Part shown: positions 37,376-47,949 of the stretch, one piece after another
Numbering within the stretch: position 1 is the stretch's first letter
Layout of the letters: every line of letters begins with the position of its first letter
Assembly: GCA_047284725.1 (NCBI GenBank)
Contig: JBJBEO010000001.1
Span: forward strand, 480,001 to 544,000
Length of the DNA stretch: 64,000 bases
Reading direction: 5' to 3'
DNA from: Synechococcus sp.
GTDB lineage: Bacteria; Cyanobacteriota; Cyanobacteriia; PCC-6307; Cyanobiaceae
Position numbers and translations under genes: made by a program
The notes under the pieces: generated by a model
Seen by the model: only the letters and a program-made list of their open reading frames with translations
Told to the model about the DNA's origin: nothing
Database searches by the model: none

Positions 37376-39043
37376 CTAGCGGACACGACCCAAGCGGCTG
37401 CTGTTGATCGCCTCGCCAGTGCGGAGGTCTTCTCCCTCCATCACCAGTTCGGCGTCTTCATCCAAACGGAAACGCAGTTTCAGGCAGTCCTCGCCTGGGC
37501 TGCCTGCAGGGGACAGAGGTACGCGGATGCATTGGGTGTCGAGCTGTCTGACCTGTGCTGAGGCGGCAGTGTCCCGCAGGGTGGGAAGTCCGTTCACAAA
37601 CACGACCTCGTGATGGCTGCGGTTGTCGGGTTCGCCCAGCACCAGATCGATCCCCCGTTGATCGTTTTCTGCCGCGGCCAGCACAAGGGTGAGGGGGGTG
37701 TCTGACGGCCAGGGCTGCCCAGCGATGAACAGAGGATGCCAGTGATGGTTTGATGTGCGGCGGTCCCAGCAGCGCAAGGCGATGCCACGCTGCAGGACAT
37801 CGCGCACGCGCACTCCTGGGGTGAGGCTCAGTGCGCCAGCCGCAACGGCTTCAACCGGAGGGGCCTCCAGCAGAGGGACGTTTCCGATTCTTTGAAACAG
37901 CCAATCCCGCAACAGAAGCAGCTGGGCTCCACCTCCCACAGGCAACACGCCCTGCAGGTTGTCCAGCTGGCATCCATGCTGACGTGCGCCGGCAAGGGTT
38001 TGTTCCAACAGGTCATCCAGCGCCGTCAGCAGGCCTTGATCCACCAGAAGTCTTTCCAGATGTCGGCGATCGAGGCGTAATTCCTTGGCTGGACCATTGG
38101 TCGAGGGAACCAGCTCCATCAGGGCTGTGTCAGGAGCCAGCTCAGGGTCGTTGAGGCGGCATTTCAAGCGTTCTGCGGCATTCAGGGCCGCTGCAGATGG
38201 CTGTTGCTTCGACGTCTGGTCTTGGGATGCCCGTTGCTCGCCAGTGGTTGACGGGGAGGTTGGCAGCCATTGGTTCACAATCCAGTGGTCAAGATCGCGG
38301 CCGCCAAGAGTGAGCCCCGCTTTGCCCAGGACCCTGGCGTTGCGCAGGCTTTGTTGACTGTTCGCCAGGTTTCGTCCTCCGAAGCGGAGCAGCTGTGCCA
38401 GTGGGGCTGCACGCCCTTCGCCCCCCTCAAGAGCCACGATCGAAAGGTCGATCGTGCTGCCACCCATGTCAACCACCAGCAATTTGGAGCCCGGGCTCAG
38501 ACCGGCGCCAAGGGCGGCGGCTGTTGGCTCATCGACCAACGCCACTTCCTCAACGGGAAGTGCTTCGCAGGCCTGCAGGAGCCACTGCCGGTAGCCTCGG
38601 TAGTGATCAACCGGCGCGGTCAGCACCAGCCGTTCGATGCTGATCTCCTGGGGTAGACGTTGCCAGATCTGCAATAACAACGTTTCTGCGGCAGCTTCAG
38701 CGCTGAGGCTTTGTCGGAGGGGTGTCCCCCCCGAGGGAGCGCCGATCAGGCGTTTGAAATCCCGAAGCAACTGAGGCGCATCACTATCTGCAAGGCCAGC
38801 ATCGAGCACCTGGCGGCCCACCAGAGGGTTGGGATCTGTGCTGCTTTGACTCCAGAGCAGGCTGGGGATTTGGCCTGGCTGTCGACAAATCGACTCGAGG
38901 TTCAGCAGTTCAGGTTGTTTCGCCTCTCTGGCTTGAAAGGCCACAACCGTTGTGGTGCTGCCCAGGTCAATGGCCAGCGTTCCGGGTGTGCCCTCTGAAA
39001 TCTGAAGGTTTTGTTCGTCCGTCGGGACCTGATCCAACGCCAT
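37376..39043 (-). CDS. Hsp70/DnaK-like atypical chaperone
   Basis: AIDLGSTTT, VDEPTAAALG, VVDMGGSTID, LGGRDLD, PVGGG. Confidence 0.88.
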   Translation of the reverse strand: MALDQVPTDEQNLQISEGTPGTLAIDLGSTTTVVAFQAREAKQPELLNLESICRQPGQIPSLLWSQSSTDPNPLVGRQVLDAGLADSDAPQLLRDFKRLIGAPSGGTPLRQSLSAEAAAETLLLQIWQRLPQEISIERLVLTAPVDHYRGYRQWLLQACEALPVEEVALVDEPTAAALGAGLSPGSKLLVVDMGGSTIDLSIVALEGGEGRAAPLAQLLRFGGRNLANSQQSLRNARVLGKAGLTLGGRDLDHWIVNQWLPTSPSTTGEQRASQDQTSKQQPSAAALNAAERLKCRLNDPELAPDTALMELVPSTNGPAKELRLDRRHLERLLVDQGLLTALDDLLEQTLAGARQHGCQLDNLQGVLPVGGGAQLLLLRDWLFQRIGNVPLLEAPPVEAVAAGALSLTPGVRVRDVLQRGIALRCWDRRTSNHHWHPLFIAGQPWPSDTPLTLVLAAAENDQRGIDLVLGEPDNRSHHEVVFVNGLPTLRDTAASAQVRQLDTQCIRVPLSPAGSPGEDCLKLRFRLDEDAELVMEGEDLRTGEAINSSRLGRVR

Positions 39044-39081
39044 GGGCAGGTTGGAGGAACGATGAGGTTAGGGGAATTGAA

Positions 39082-39366
39082 ATGGATCGCCTGCAGCGCT
39101 TGGTGTGGTCCTATTACCGGGAAGAGCCCCATCTCCAGGCTTGTTTAGAGCCCCTGCTCGATTGCCGACTGTCCCGCAGCTGGGGCAGCATCCGGATCGA
39201 GTGCCTCCATGCTGGTCATCTTGAGGAGATCAGTGGGCTCCTAACCCTTGTGCGCCATCCCTTGGTGGCGATGGGGATGGGACGCCAGATTGTCCTGAGG
39301 GTCCCCGGGCGTCTTCAGCGCACCTATCCGATGCATGTGCCATTCACCAGCGACATGCTCACTTAA
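39082..39366 (+). CDS. Hypothetical protein
   Basis: MDRLQRLVWSYYREEP...RQIVLRVPG; lies directly before rpoZ. Confidence 0.7.
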   Translation: MDRLQRLVWSYYREEPHLQACLEPLLDCRLSRSWGSIRIECLHAGHLEEISGLLTLVRHPLVAMGMGRQIVLRVPGRLQRTYPMHVPFTSDMLT

Positions 39367-39392
39367 GATTCTGATCTTCTGCTAGGAAACGC

Positions 39393-39620
39393 GTGATCGG
39401 TGTGGGCACGGATTCCCAAGACTTGGCCAAGCGTGGCGAAAGTCTGATTCGTCACTCCAGCAACAGATACCTCACAACGGTTCGTATCGCTTTCCGAGCC
39501 AAGCAGCGTCGCTTTGACGATTTCGATGGCCTTCTGGAGGAATCGAGCGTGAAACCAGTACAGCGCGCCATCATCGAGCTCAGCGATGAGCAAGACCAGC
39601 CAGATCTGCTGCCTGGATGA
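39393..39620 (+). CDS. rpoZ: RNA polymerase omega subunit (Ycf61)
   Basis: [32 protein letters not shown]. Confidence 0.93.
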   Translation: MIGVGTDSQDLAKRGESLIRHSSNRYLTTVRIAFRAKQRRFDDFDGLLEESSVKPVQRAIIELSDEQDQPDLLPG

Positions 39621-40003
39621 TCCAGCAGGAAGGGCCTGGTTGGCGCCTGGCCCTCGACCCCAGTCGCTCAGAGTTCTCCACCCTGATCGGTGGAGATGGA
39701 TGGGCGTTTGAGCTGACCGAGAGAGAGTGGAAGGGTCTGGTGGCCCTGCTCTCGGAGTTGCTAACGCAGCACCAGAGCCTGCACAACCAGCTCATGGCGG
39801 AGGAAGCGATTGAGCTTGAGATGGAGCGGCAGGGCTGGTGGGGATGTCTGACAGGTGATCGCCGGAGTTGGGGACTGCATGTTGTCCTTCAAGGCTCCTC
39901 GGGCTGCCGGGGTGCGGAGGGATATTGGCCTGCACCAGCCGCACAAGCGTTTGCATCAGCGATGAGAACGGCTTGCGATTGCCCCCTTGATAAGCAGGGC
40001 TGA
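39617..40003 (+). CDS. DUF1818 family protein
   Basis: [41 protein letters not shown]. Confidence 0.82.
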   Translation: MIQQEGPGWRLALDPSRSEFSTLIGGDGWAFELTEREWKGLVALLSELLTQHQSLHNQLMAEEAIELEMERQGWWGCLTGDRRSWGLHVVLQGSSGCRGAEGYWPAPAAQAFASAMRTACDCPLDKQG

Positions 40004-40044
40004 TCAAAAGCTGCTTATTGATTTTCCCCTGGCGGCCTTGGGGG

Positions 40045-40276
40045 TCTTGCACAGGTTTTCCACAAGGCCTGGGTCTGGATCGCTCTTGGTGGCTGTTTCT
40101 GTGGAAAAGATCGGGTCGGGAGTGGCGGCTCGTGACGCTTCAGCCTCTGCTTGGTAAGGGTGTGTGGAATCTGCATTCGCTGTGTTGGAAGGGCTTCAGC
40201 ACTGAAGTCTTGGATGGAGACTGTTGGGATCGGGGCTTCTGCGTCTTGCTTGACGTTCGTTGCTGGGTGTGGAGAA
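40045..40276. promoter_or_regulatory. Cluster of DnaA-box-like 9-mers
   Basis: TCTTGCACA 40045, TTTTCCACA 40056, TGTGGAAAA 40100, TGTGGAATC 40163, TGTGGAGAA 40268. Confidence 0.6.
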
Positions 40277-40302
40277 CTAGTAGGCATTGAGGGGATTTAG
40301 TC

Positions 40303-40611
40303 ATGCAGGGTGTGCAATCCGCCGAGCAAGTCGAGCTGTGTGCTTCTGTGCTTTCCGGTCATGCGTCGCAACAGGAAACGGTCTCTGAGGTTGGTGCCGA
40401 CGCGGTGGTGAGCTTCCATGCCGAACTTCCCGAGTCCCTTCAGCAGGCGATGACCGCGTTCATCGAGCGCTATCCGAACTGGGATCAGTACCGGCTGGTT
40501 CAGGCTGCATTGGCGGGATTTCTTGTGCAGAACGGGATCGAGTCCCGTGAGATCACCCGTCTTTACGTCGGCAACATGTTTCGCCGTCAGTCTCTGCTTC
40601 AGGGCGTCTGA
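40303..40611 (+). CDS. DUF2811 family protein
   Basis: VSFHAELPESLQQAM, PNWDQYRLVQAALAGFL. Confidence 0.85.
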   Translation: MQGVQSAEQVELCASVLSGHASQQETVSEVGADAVVSFHAELPESLQQAMTAFIERYPNWDQYRLVQAALAGFLVQNGIESREITRLYVGNMFRRQSLLQGV

Positions 40612-41297
40612 GTCCTGCAACTGGCCATCAAGACCATGCCGCTGAGAGGGAGGCTGAGCAACAGCCCAAGGCAGGCTCCCATCAGGCCGAGAAGGTTGAG
40701 CCCGACCAGTAGCCCAGCGAGGGCAAGTACTTTGACGAGGTTGTGTCTTGTCAAGCTGCGGCTGTGCTGCATGGCAGCGAGTGGTTGATGGCCGTGATGG
40801 ATCATCAAAGGCAAGGCCAGGAGTTGGCTCAACGCCCAGGTCAGCAAGATGCCGCTGCCGATGGTGGCGCTGAGGGCGGCCAAGACCCCACTGTGTTTGA
40901 TCAGCAGATTGAAGACGCCGCGAATCGTGGTGGCTCCTCCCAGGAGAATCATGGTCTCCATGACCACCAGCGCCAGTGATTGGCGCAGTATCCAGGGCAA
41001 TGGCCTTTCTGCTTTCAGCGGTGTATCCGCGGCGGTTCCTGAGAGGAGGTTGTCAGCCAGGCGCAGCAAGGCCAGAAGAGGTAGGAGTGGCGTCGCAAAC
41101 GACAGCAGCCAAAGTGCATCGCCGCCATGACGCATCCATGGGTTGGTGCTTGCCTGTAATTCCGCGGCGAGCAGGCCGAGACCTGTTGCACTCGAGAGGG
41201 CCACGGCAGTGAGACCAATACAGCGCCATGGTCCTCTGCAGAACCCCATCCAGGCGAGTGGAAGAATGGAGCTGAGGCGAAGGCGTTCCGCAGCCAT
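40599..41297 (-). CDS. Hypothetical integral membrane protein
   Basis: 232 aa with several hydrophobic segments. Confidence 0.72.
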   Translation of the reverse strand: MAAERLRLSSILPLAWMGFCRGPWRCIGLTAVALSSATGLGLLAAELQASTNPWMRHGGDALWLLSFATPLLPLLALLRLADNLLSGTAADTPLKAERPLPWILRQSLALVVMETMILLGGATTIRGVFNLLIKHSGVLAALSATIGSGILLTWALSQLLALPLMIHHGHQPLAAMQHSRSLTRHNLVKVLALAGLLVGLNLLGLMGACLGLLLSLPLSGMVLMASCRTQTP

Positions 41298-41309
41298 GAA
41301 GAGCCTGGT

Positions 41310-41780
41310 TTACTGAAAGGATCCGAGGCGTTCGAGCAGGTCGGCAGCAATGGACTGGCTCACGGGCAGGATGGACAACCTGTTGCCGCGGCGTACGACG
41401 GTCAAGTCTTCGGGGCTGTACGACTGCCTGAGGTCATCCAGCGTGAGCATCTTCGGGTATCTACCGAGGTAGCGAAGGCGTACACAATCCCAGCGTGGAG
41501 ACTCCTTTTTCGACGCGGCATCGTGATATTTGGAGCTTGGGTCGAACTGACTTGGGTCGACGACGCCAAGTTCGCAGACTTCCATCAGCCCAACGATTCC
41601 TGGTGGTTTGCAATTGGAGTGATAGAAAAATGCACGGTCTCCAATGGCCATGGTGCGCATGAAATTGCGCGCCTGATAATTGCGGATTCCATCCCAGAGT
41701 GTGGTTGTCTCTTGTCTGAGATGTTCGATTCCATATACATCTGGCTCGCTTTTCATGAGCCAGTAGTTGGGGGAATCCAT
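41310..41780 (-). CDS. EVE domain protein
   Basis: YWLMKSEP, WDGIRNYQARNFMR, FFYHSNC, RLSILPV. Confidence 0.93.
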   Translation of the reverse strand: MDSPNYWLMKSEPDVYGIEHLRQETTTLWDGIRNYQARNFMRTMAIGDRAFFYHSNCKPPGIVGLMEVCELGVVDPSQFDPSSKYHDAASKKESPRWDCVRLRYLGRYPKMLTLDDLRQSYSPEDLTVVRRGNRLSILPVSQSIAADLLERLGSFQ

Positions 41781-41887
41781 CCTGTTAAATCGCTACGGTT
41801 TCACTTTGAGCCAATGAAATCTAACCCTCGATTCTCCTGAAAGCCGTGGCAAGTCGCATCGATTGCATCAATGCTTCTTGGACGCCT

Positions 41888-43282
41888 TCAGCATCCATCA
41901 ATGCGCGGATGCGTCTGCGCTGCTTTGACCAGGCTTCGAAAATGTTCGCCTCGGGCTTCAAAATCGGAGTACTGATCAAAACTGGCGCAAGCGGGTGACA
42001 GCAGCAAGCAGGCTGCATTTTGCTCGACTCCGATCCGACAGGCGATGTCAAGTGCTTTGTTCAGGTCGTCGGTGACCTGCAGCTTGCCGGTGTAGCCCGA
42101 GGCGCAGATCAGGCCATGGAGCTCCTCGGCGCCATGGCCGAAAAGAACCACACCGCAGGCGCGTTCCCGCAGAAGTTGCAGCCATTCAGTGGCGTCGCCC
42201 TGTTTGGTGGTCCCGCCGGCCAGCACGACGACGGGGGCATCCACTGCGCGCAATCCAACGGCTGCCGCGTCGTAGTTCGTCGCTTTGCTGTCGTTGAACA
42301 CAGCCATCTCCTGCAGGAGTCCCAGTGGCTCCAAGCGATGGGGAACCCCGGAGAAGCTGCGCAGTCCGGCCTCGATGGCGCTTGCGGTCAATCCGGCCTT
42401 CCGGGCGGCGGCAGTGACCAACAGCATGTTCTGGCGGTTGTGATTGCCCGGCAATGCCAAGGCATCTGCTCGGAATAGGCGTTCTCCTTCCGCGCAGACC
42501 CAATCATCAGCATCAATCCACAGGGCACAGGGCACGGGAGGGTTGGCATCTGTACTCACCCAGTTGGCATCTGGCCACGCGCTGTGGTGATCACGCAGAT
42601 CCGGATCGTCAGCATTGAGCACTGCATGGGTGGAGCGCAGCAGCAAGCTCGCTTTGATGGCGCGATAGGCATCCAGAGAGCCATGCCGCTCGAGATGGTC
42701 GGGCGTGAGTGTGGTCCAGATGCCGATGTGTGGAGCAACCTGCTCTGCGGCTTCGATCTGATAACTGCTCATTTCCATCACCACCCAGTCGGGCTGCTTC
42801 TGGGTTGGTGGTTGGCATTGCAGTGCCAGTTCGGCGGCGGAATGGCCCACATTTCCAGCCATCGGTGCCTTCAGTCCTGCATGACTGAGCACGTGATGCA
42901 ACAGATGGGTCACCGTGGTTTTGCCATTGGTGCCGGTGATTCCGATCCAGGGGACGTGGCCAAGTGCGTTCCAGGCAACGGTCATCTCTCCGCAGACAGC
43001 AATGCCTCGACTGCGCAGACCTTGCATCACCGGATGATCCCACGCGATTCCAGGGCTCAGCACCACCTGATCGAGAGGCGCGCCCCAGGTCAGAAAAGGA
43101 TCGGGCACGAGGGAGCATCCCAGTCGCACATCAATGCCCTGCTGCCTCAGGTCTGCTGCGATTCTCTGCTGATGGTCCGCTTCTTGTGACTCAAGAACCG
43201 TGACGTGGTGACCTTGAGACTGGAGCAATCGTGCTGCTCCTATTCCGGATCGTCCAAGGCCGACAACCGCACTGGAAGTCAT
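41888..43282 (-). CDS. murD: UDP-N-acetylmuramoyl-L-alanine--D-glutamate ligase
   Basis: GLGRSG, ITGTNGKTT, EMSSYQ, PDHLERH, NDSKATN, LSPACASFDQY. Confidence 0.96.
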   Translation of the reverse strand: MTSSAVVGLGRSGIGAARLLQSQGHHVTVLESQEADHQQRIAADLRQQGIDVRLGCSLVPDPFLTWGAPLDQVVLSPGIAWDHPVMQGLRSRGIAVCGEMTVAWNALGHVPWIGITGTNGKTTVTHLLHHVLSHAGLKAPMAGNVGHSAAELALQCQPPTQKQPDWVVMEMSSYQIEAAEQVAPHIGIWTTLTPDHLERHGSLDAYRAIKASLLLRSTHAVLNADDPDLRDHHSAWPDANWVSTDANPPVPCALWIDADDWVCAEGERLFRADALALPGNHNRQNMLLVTAAARKAGLTASAIEAGLRSFSGVPHRLEPLGLLQEMAVFNDSKATNYDAAAVGLRAVDAPVVVLAGGTTKQGDATEWLQLLRERACGVVLFGHGAEELHGLICASGYTGKLQVTDDLNKALDIACRIGVEQNAACLLLSPACASFDQYSDFEARGEHFRSLVKAAQTHPRIDGC

Positions 43283-43306
43283 AAACTGCAGTCCCTGGAA
43301 GGGAAA

Positions 43307-43378
43307 TGGGCGATACTGGATTTGAACCAGTGACTCCTACAATGTCAATGTAGTGCTCTACCCCTGAGCTAATCGCCC
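43307..43378 (-). tRNA. trnV: tRNA-Val (GAC)
   Basis: GGGCGATTAGCTCAGGGGTAGAGCACTACATT-GAC-ATTGTAGGAGTCACTGGTTCAAATCCAGTATCGCCCA forms a full cloverleaf; CCA not encoded. Confidence 0.97.
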
Positions 43379-43473
43379 GTTGATTCACTTTGGTGTGAAC
43401 ACGGTGTCGGCTTTCCGACGAGAAGAGAATGTAGCAGCCGGTCCTGCTCCGCTCGCTTCTTTTCTTCCCTTGC

Positions 43474-44262
43474 TCAGCGTCGTTCCATGCGCACTCTCCA
43501 GCGATCCCGTTTGGTGCGTTCCAGAGCCAATACTTCCAGGCTGCCCCGATCCTGAAGCTGCAGTCGATCGCCCACCGTGAGGTCCTTGCTGGCTTGGCGT
43601 ACGGCCTTCCAGTTCAGGCGCAGCCGACCATGGCGGATTTGTTGCACCACCTTCGCCCGAGACAAGCCGAATCCTGCTGAAGCAATGGCATCGAGCCGGC
43701 ATGACGCCTCCACGCTGGTGAGTTGTTTCGGGTTGCGTGTGGCTGGCAGCTGCAGTTGATCCAACGCCTTCTGTTCGATCTGAATCTCCACATCACGGAC
43801 CTGGCCTGTCTGCGCATGCAGATGGTGTGCGGCTTCGGGTGTGCAGAGCGCCTGCGCGCCCCGGTCACCCCGGATCCAGATGTCACCGATGTCGCCGTTC
43901 AGCACCCCCAGCGCGATGAGGGCGGTGCGGATGTCCTCAGGCTCCACGGGGTCAAACAGGAAATTACCTTCCACATCGACTCCCACCACGGGCACGGTCT
44001 CCGGTGGCTTGGTCTCCATGCCGTCATCGCTACGGCTGATCCAGAGGCGTTGCCGTTCCGCGCCGGCGCGCCCCCCTGCGCCGTGCAGGGTCAGTTCGGT
44101 GAGGCTGCCCAGGCGCACCACTGCCTCTTCCATCAGTGGAGCCGACAGAAAAGGCGACCACGATGGCTGCCAGGTGCGCAGCACGGCGTCGGCGAGGTCG
44201 AGCAATGGTCTGAACTCTTCCGGATCGCTGCATCCAGTCAGGAGCTCCTCGCGCGGCAGCAT
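43474..44262 (-). CDS. Photosystem II S4-domain protein (YlmH/Sll1252 family)
   Basis: GNFLFDP, GDIWIRGDRGAQ, VEASCRLDAIASAGFGLSR. Confidence 0.9.
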   Translation of the reverse strand: MLPREELLTGCSDPEEFRPLLDLADAVLRTWQPSWSPFLSAPLMEEAVVRLGSLTELTLHGAGGRAGAERQRLWISRSDDGMETKPPETVPVVGVDVEGNFLFDPVEPEDIRTALIALGVLNGDIGDIWIRGDRGAQALCTPEAAHHLHAQTGQVRDVEIQIEQKALDQLQLPATRNPKQLTSVEASCRLDAIASAGFGLSRAKVVQQIRHGRLRLNWKAVRQASKDLTVGDRLQLQDRGSLEVLALERTKRDRWRVRMERR

Positions 44263-44777
44263 CACAGGTCGTTGAGGCGAACCACCTGAATCGGTCTTGC
44301 ACTCTGCAGCAGTTGCCAGGGGGGCTCAATCCCGCTTGGGGTCTCCAGGAGTAGAAGCCAGCGGTTCTCCTCATTTCGGTTTCGCAGGATGCGGACCCCG
44401 TCTTCATTGTCGGAGGGCACGCTCGCGGCCGCGGCATAGCTCCCCATCAAGCCGGCTCCCATCCCTAACAGTCCACCAATCACCGGTTGGCCCCAGGGGC
44501 CCAGGCCCGAAAAGGTCTCCAGGTTGGTGATTTGCGTGAAGGTGAGGCCCGCCATGAAACCGAAGGGGAGCAGCCAGCCCGCCATCGATTTCTGACGCTG
44601 CTCGCGAGCCATGCGGGGATTGAGAAGGTCGACGGAGTCGAGGGGAACTCCCGCATCTCCCCCTGCGGCTGGTGTCACCAGAACACAACGCTGCAGGGGC
44701 ACCCCGTTGGCTTTCAGCTTTTGCTCCAGCGAGGCTGCAGCGGTCTGGTCTTTCAGCACCAGCACGCAGGCGGGCAT
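44262..44777 (-). CDS. Hypothetical membrane protein
   Basis: WLLPFGFMAGLTF, GGLLGMGAGLMGS. Confidence 0.78.
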   Translation of the reverse strand: MPACVLVLKDQTAAASLEQKLKANGVPLQRCVLVTPAAGGDAGVPLDSVDLLNPRMAREQRQKSMAGWLLPFGFMAGLTFTQITNLETFSGLGPWGQPVIGGLLGMGAGLMGSYAAAASVPSDNEDGVRILRNRNEENRWLLLLETPSGIEPPWQLLQSARPIQVVRLNDL

Positions 44778-44861
44778 GGGCGATTCCGTGGTGATGGAAG
44801 TCGTTGATTCTGGCCTGCGGGCCTGTCTTTACAGTGGTCCACGGCTGTCTTTCGCCGGTTG

Positions 44862-46448
44862 ATGACAAAAGTTCTGGTTTCCGATCCCATTGATCAGGCC
44901 GGCATTGACATCCTGAGCCAGGTAGCTCAGGTCGATCAGCGCACGGGACTCAGCCCTGCGGAGTTGAAAGGAATCATCGGTGAGTACGACGCTCTGATGA
45001 TTCGTTCAGGTACGCAGGTCACTGCTGATGTGATCGAGGCGGCCGGAAGGCTGCGGATCGTCGGTCGAGCCGGTGTCGGCGTCGACAACGTGGATGTGCC
45101 GGCGGCCACGCAGCGCGGTGTGCTGGTCGTCAATTCACCGGAGGGCAACACCATCGCTGCGGCCGAGCACGCCCTCGCTTTGTTGCTCTCCTTGTCGCGC
45201 CACGTGCCGCAGGCCCACGCTTCGATGCGTCAGGGAGCATGGGACCGCAAGAAATACGTCGGAAACGAGCTCTACAAAAAGGTTCTTGGTGTTGTCGGTC
45301 TCGGCAAGATCGGCTCCCATGTGGCCAAGGTGGCCAAGGCGATGGGGATGGACGTCATCGCTTACGACCCGTTTATCTCCACAGAACGGGCCCAGCAGAT
45401 GCAGGTGCGTCTCACGCAGCTCGCTGACCTGTTCAGTGCTGCTGACTACATCACCCTCCACATTCCCCGCACGCCTGACACTGAAAACCTTGTGAACGCA
45501 GCGTTGCTGCGCACGATGAAGCCCACGGCGCGCCTGGTGAACTGCGCTCGCGGCGGCATCATCGACGAATCAGCGCTGGCTGAGGCGGTGGAGAACGGCG
45601 TGATCGCCGGAGCAGGTCTCGATGTGTTTGCCACGGAACCGCTGTCGGCCGATTCGCCGCTGCGCGCTGTGGAGCGCGGCTTGGTGCTGACTCCCCACCT
45701 CGGTGCCTCCACCGAGGAGGCTCAGGAAAATGTGGCCATCGATGTGGCGGAACAGATCCGTGATGTCCTGCTTGGTCTTCCGGCCCGCAGCGCGGTGAAC
45801 ATTCCAGGCCTCAGTGCCGAAATCATGGAGCGGCTCAAGCCCCATCTCCAGTTGGCTGAAACCCTTGGCTTGTTGGTCAGTCAGCTCGCCGACGGTCAGG
45901 TGGAAGAGCTGGAGGTGCGTTTACAGGGTGAATTCTCTGAACATCCCTCGCAGCCCCTTGTGGTGGCCGCACTGAAAGGACTGCTCTCCAATGCCCTGGG
46001 CGAGCGCATCAATTATGTCAACGCTTCTCTGGAGGCGAAGGCCCGCGGTATCCACGTTCTGGAGGTCAAAGACGACGCCACGCGGGATTTTGCAGGCGGT
46101 TCGCTGCGGCTCACCACCCGGGGAGCTCAGGGGGGACACAGTGTCACGGGTGCCGTGTTCGCCGATGGCGAATTGCGCGTGACCACGATTGATGAATTCC
46201 CTGTGAATGTGCCCCCCAGCCGGCACATGCTGTTCACCCGACACCGCGATATGCCAGGGATCATCGGCCACCTCGGGTCCGTGCTTGGTGAGCACAACGT
46301 CAACATCGCTTCAATGCAGGTGGGCCGTCGCATCGTCCGCGGTGATGCCGTGATGGTGCTCAGCATCGACGATCCAATCCCACCCAGCCTGCTGGCCACG
46401 ATCAGCTCCATTGACGGCATTCAGGAGGCCCATCCGGTCACCCTCTGA
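44862..46448 (+). CDS. serA: D-3-phosphoglycerate dehydrogenase (with ACT domain)
   Basis: GRAGVGVDNVD, GLGKIG, NCARGG, TPHLGASTEEAQ, DMPGIIG. Confidence 0.97.
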   Translation: MTKVLVSDPIDQAGIDILSQVAQVDQRTGLSPAELKGIIGEYDALMIRSGTQVTADVIEAAGRLRIVGRAGVGVDNVDVPAATQRGVLVVNSPEGNTIAAAEHALALLLSLSRHVPQAHASMRQGAWDRKKYVGNELYKKVLGVVGLGKIGSHVAKVAKAMGMDVIAYDPFISTERAQQMQVRLTQLADLFSAADYITLHIPRTPDTENLVNAALLRTMKPTARLVNCARGGIIDESALAEAVENGVIAGAGLDVFATEPLSADSPLRAVERGLVLTPHLGASTEEAQENVAIDVAEQIRDVLLGLPARSAVNIPGLSAEIMERLKPHLQLAETLGLLVSQLADGQVEELEVRLQGEFSEHPSQPLVVAALKGLLSNALGERINYVNASLEAKARGIHVLEVKDDATRDFAGGSLRLTTRGAQGGHSVTGAVFADGELRVTTIDEFPVNVPPSRHMLFTRHRDMPGIIGHLGSVLGEHNVNIASMQVGRRIVRGDAVMVLSIDDPIPPSLLATISSIDGIQEAHPVTL

Positions 46449-46476
46449 ATCTCTGATGGTTCCCTCGTCTCTGCCA

Positions 46477-47391
46477 ATGACGTCAACATCGTTGCGTTGG
46501 TGGCGCCTGTCGCTCCCCCTCCAGCCCGAGCTGGAGGAGTCGTTGCTGTGGAAGCTCGAGAGCCTGGGATTGCATCGTCTGGCGGTGCAGCATGCGCCGG
46601 AAACGCCTCATCAGCGGGTCTTGCTGGCGTGGTTGCCCGCTCCTGAATGGCCCGATGATCAGCGACAGGGGCTGATCGACAGTCTCAGGCCACTGGCAGA
46701 CACCTTTGGACTGTCGTTCCCTCAGCCTGAGTGGTTCGAGTTGGATGACGAAGACTGGAGCCTCACCTGGAAGCAGCACTGGCAGCCCGACCCTGTCGGT
46801 GATCGGCTCCTGATCCTTCCGGCCTGGCTGGATGTGCCACCTGAGCATGCTGATCGTTTGGTGCTGCGGATGGACCCCGGCAGTGCCTTTGGTACCGGCA
46901 GCCATCCGACAACGCGCCTCTGTCTGCAGGCGTTGGAGGCCCAGCCGCCGCTTGGGCTTCAGGTGGCAGATCTCGGCTGCGGCAGTGGTGTGCTTGGTCT
47001 TGCTGCTCTCGCCCTGGGTGCGGAGCGTGTCCTCGCCGCTGATGTTGATTCCCTGGCTGAGCGAGCCACCCGAGAGAATGCCGCACTCAACCACCATCCT
47101 GAGAGGCGCCTGGCGGTGCGACAGGGATCGGTTGAGGTCCTGGTGGAGATGCAGGGCAGTACGCCGTCGCAGCTCTTGCTCTGCAACATTCTGGCGCCGG
47201 TGATTGAGGCTTTGGCGCCTCAGTTCAAGGATCTGCTGGCACCAGGTGGGCGGGGGTTGCTCAGTGGTTTGCTGGTGGAACAGGCGCCTCGACTCACCAC
47301 CGTGCTGGAGGGTCTGGGTTGGTCGGTGACGGCTCTTGGGTCGCAGGGACGCTGGGGATTACTGGAGATTCAACACCCGAAAGCCGCATAA
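46477..47391 (+). CDS. prmA: Ribosomal protein L11 methyltransferase
   Basis: [38 protein letters not shown]. Start approximate. Confidence 0.94.
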   Translation: MTSTSLRWWRLSLPLQPELEESLLWKLESLGLHRLAVQHAPETPHQRVLLAWLPAPEWPDDQRQGLIDSLRPLADTFGLSFPQPEWFELDDEDWSLTWKQHWQPDPVGDRLLILPAWLDVPPEHADRLVLRMDPGSAFGTGSHPTTRLCLQALEAQPPLGLQVADLGCGSGVLGLAALALGAERVLAADVDSLAERATRENAALNHHPERRLAVRQGSVEVLVEMQGSTPSQLLLCNILAPVIEALAPQFKDLLAPGGRGLLSGLLVEQAPRLTTVLEGLGWSVTALGSQGRWGLLEIQHPKAA

Positions 47392-47531
47392 GTTGCGCTT
47401 ATCAGTGCCTAGGGTTTGATTGGCCTTGTCTGGAAAGCCTGTCCGAAAGAGGTGCGATTGCCTCAGTCCGATGTAGAAGGGACCAGTCCTGCAAGCCTGT
47501 TCATTCAGGTCGCTGCACACTCCATCCATCC

Positions 47532-47831
47532 ATGGCTTCCTACAAGGTCACTCTGGTCGCTGAAAGCGAAGGTCTGAACAAGACCATCGAAGTGCCCGAC
47601 GATCAGTACATCCTCGACGCCGCTGAAGAGCAGGGCATCGACCTCCCCTATTCCTGCCGCGCCGGCGCCTGCTCCACCTGTGCAGGCAAGATCACGGCAG
47701 GTACCGTCGACCAGTCCGACCAGAGCTTCCTGGACGACGACCAGATCGAGGCCGGTTTCGTTCTGACCTGCGTCGCTTACCCCACCTCCGACTGCACCAT
47801 CAAGACCCACGCTGAAGAAGAGCTCTATTGA
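47532..47831 (+). CDS. petF: Ferredoxin I [2Fe-2S]
   Basis: [29 protein letters not shown]. Confidence 0.98.
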   Translation: MASYKVTLVAESEGLNKTIEVPDDQYILDAAEEQGIDLPYSCRAGACSTCAGKITAGTVDQSDQSFLDDDQIEAGFVLTCVAYPTSDCTIKTHAEEELY

Positions 47832-47892
47832 GCTTGATCCCTTGGATCTCATTGACCGGACGTCACCGTTGTCGTTTCGACGGACTGTCCAT

Positions 47893-47917
47893 TCGCCACC
47901 CCTAGGGGTGGCTTTTT
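47893..47917 (+). terminator. Rho-independent terminator after petF
   Basis: GCCACCC-CTAG-GGGTGGC followed by TTTTT. Confidence 0.82.
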
Positions 47918-47949
47918 GCTGTCATCGTGCTGACTGGTTCTGAGTGCTC

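Noticed and set aside
43307..43480. tRNA-Val as an integration site
   Set aside because: Flanked by core genes on both sides; no duplicated 3' end or integrase seen.
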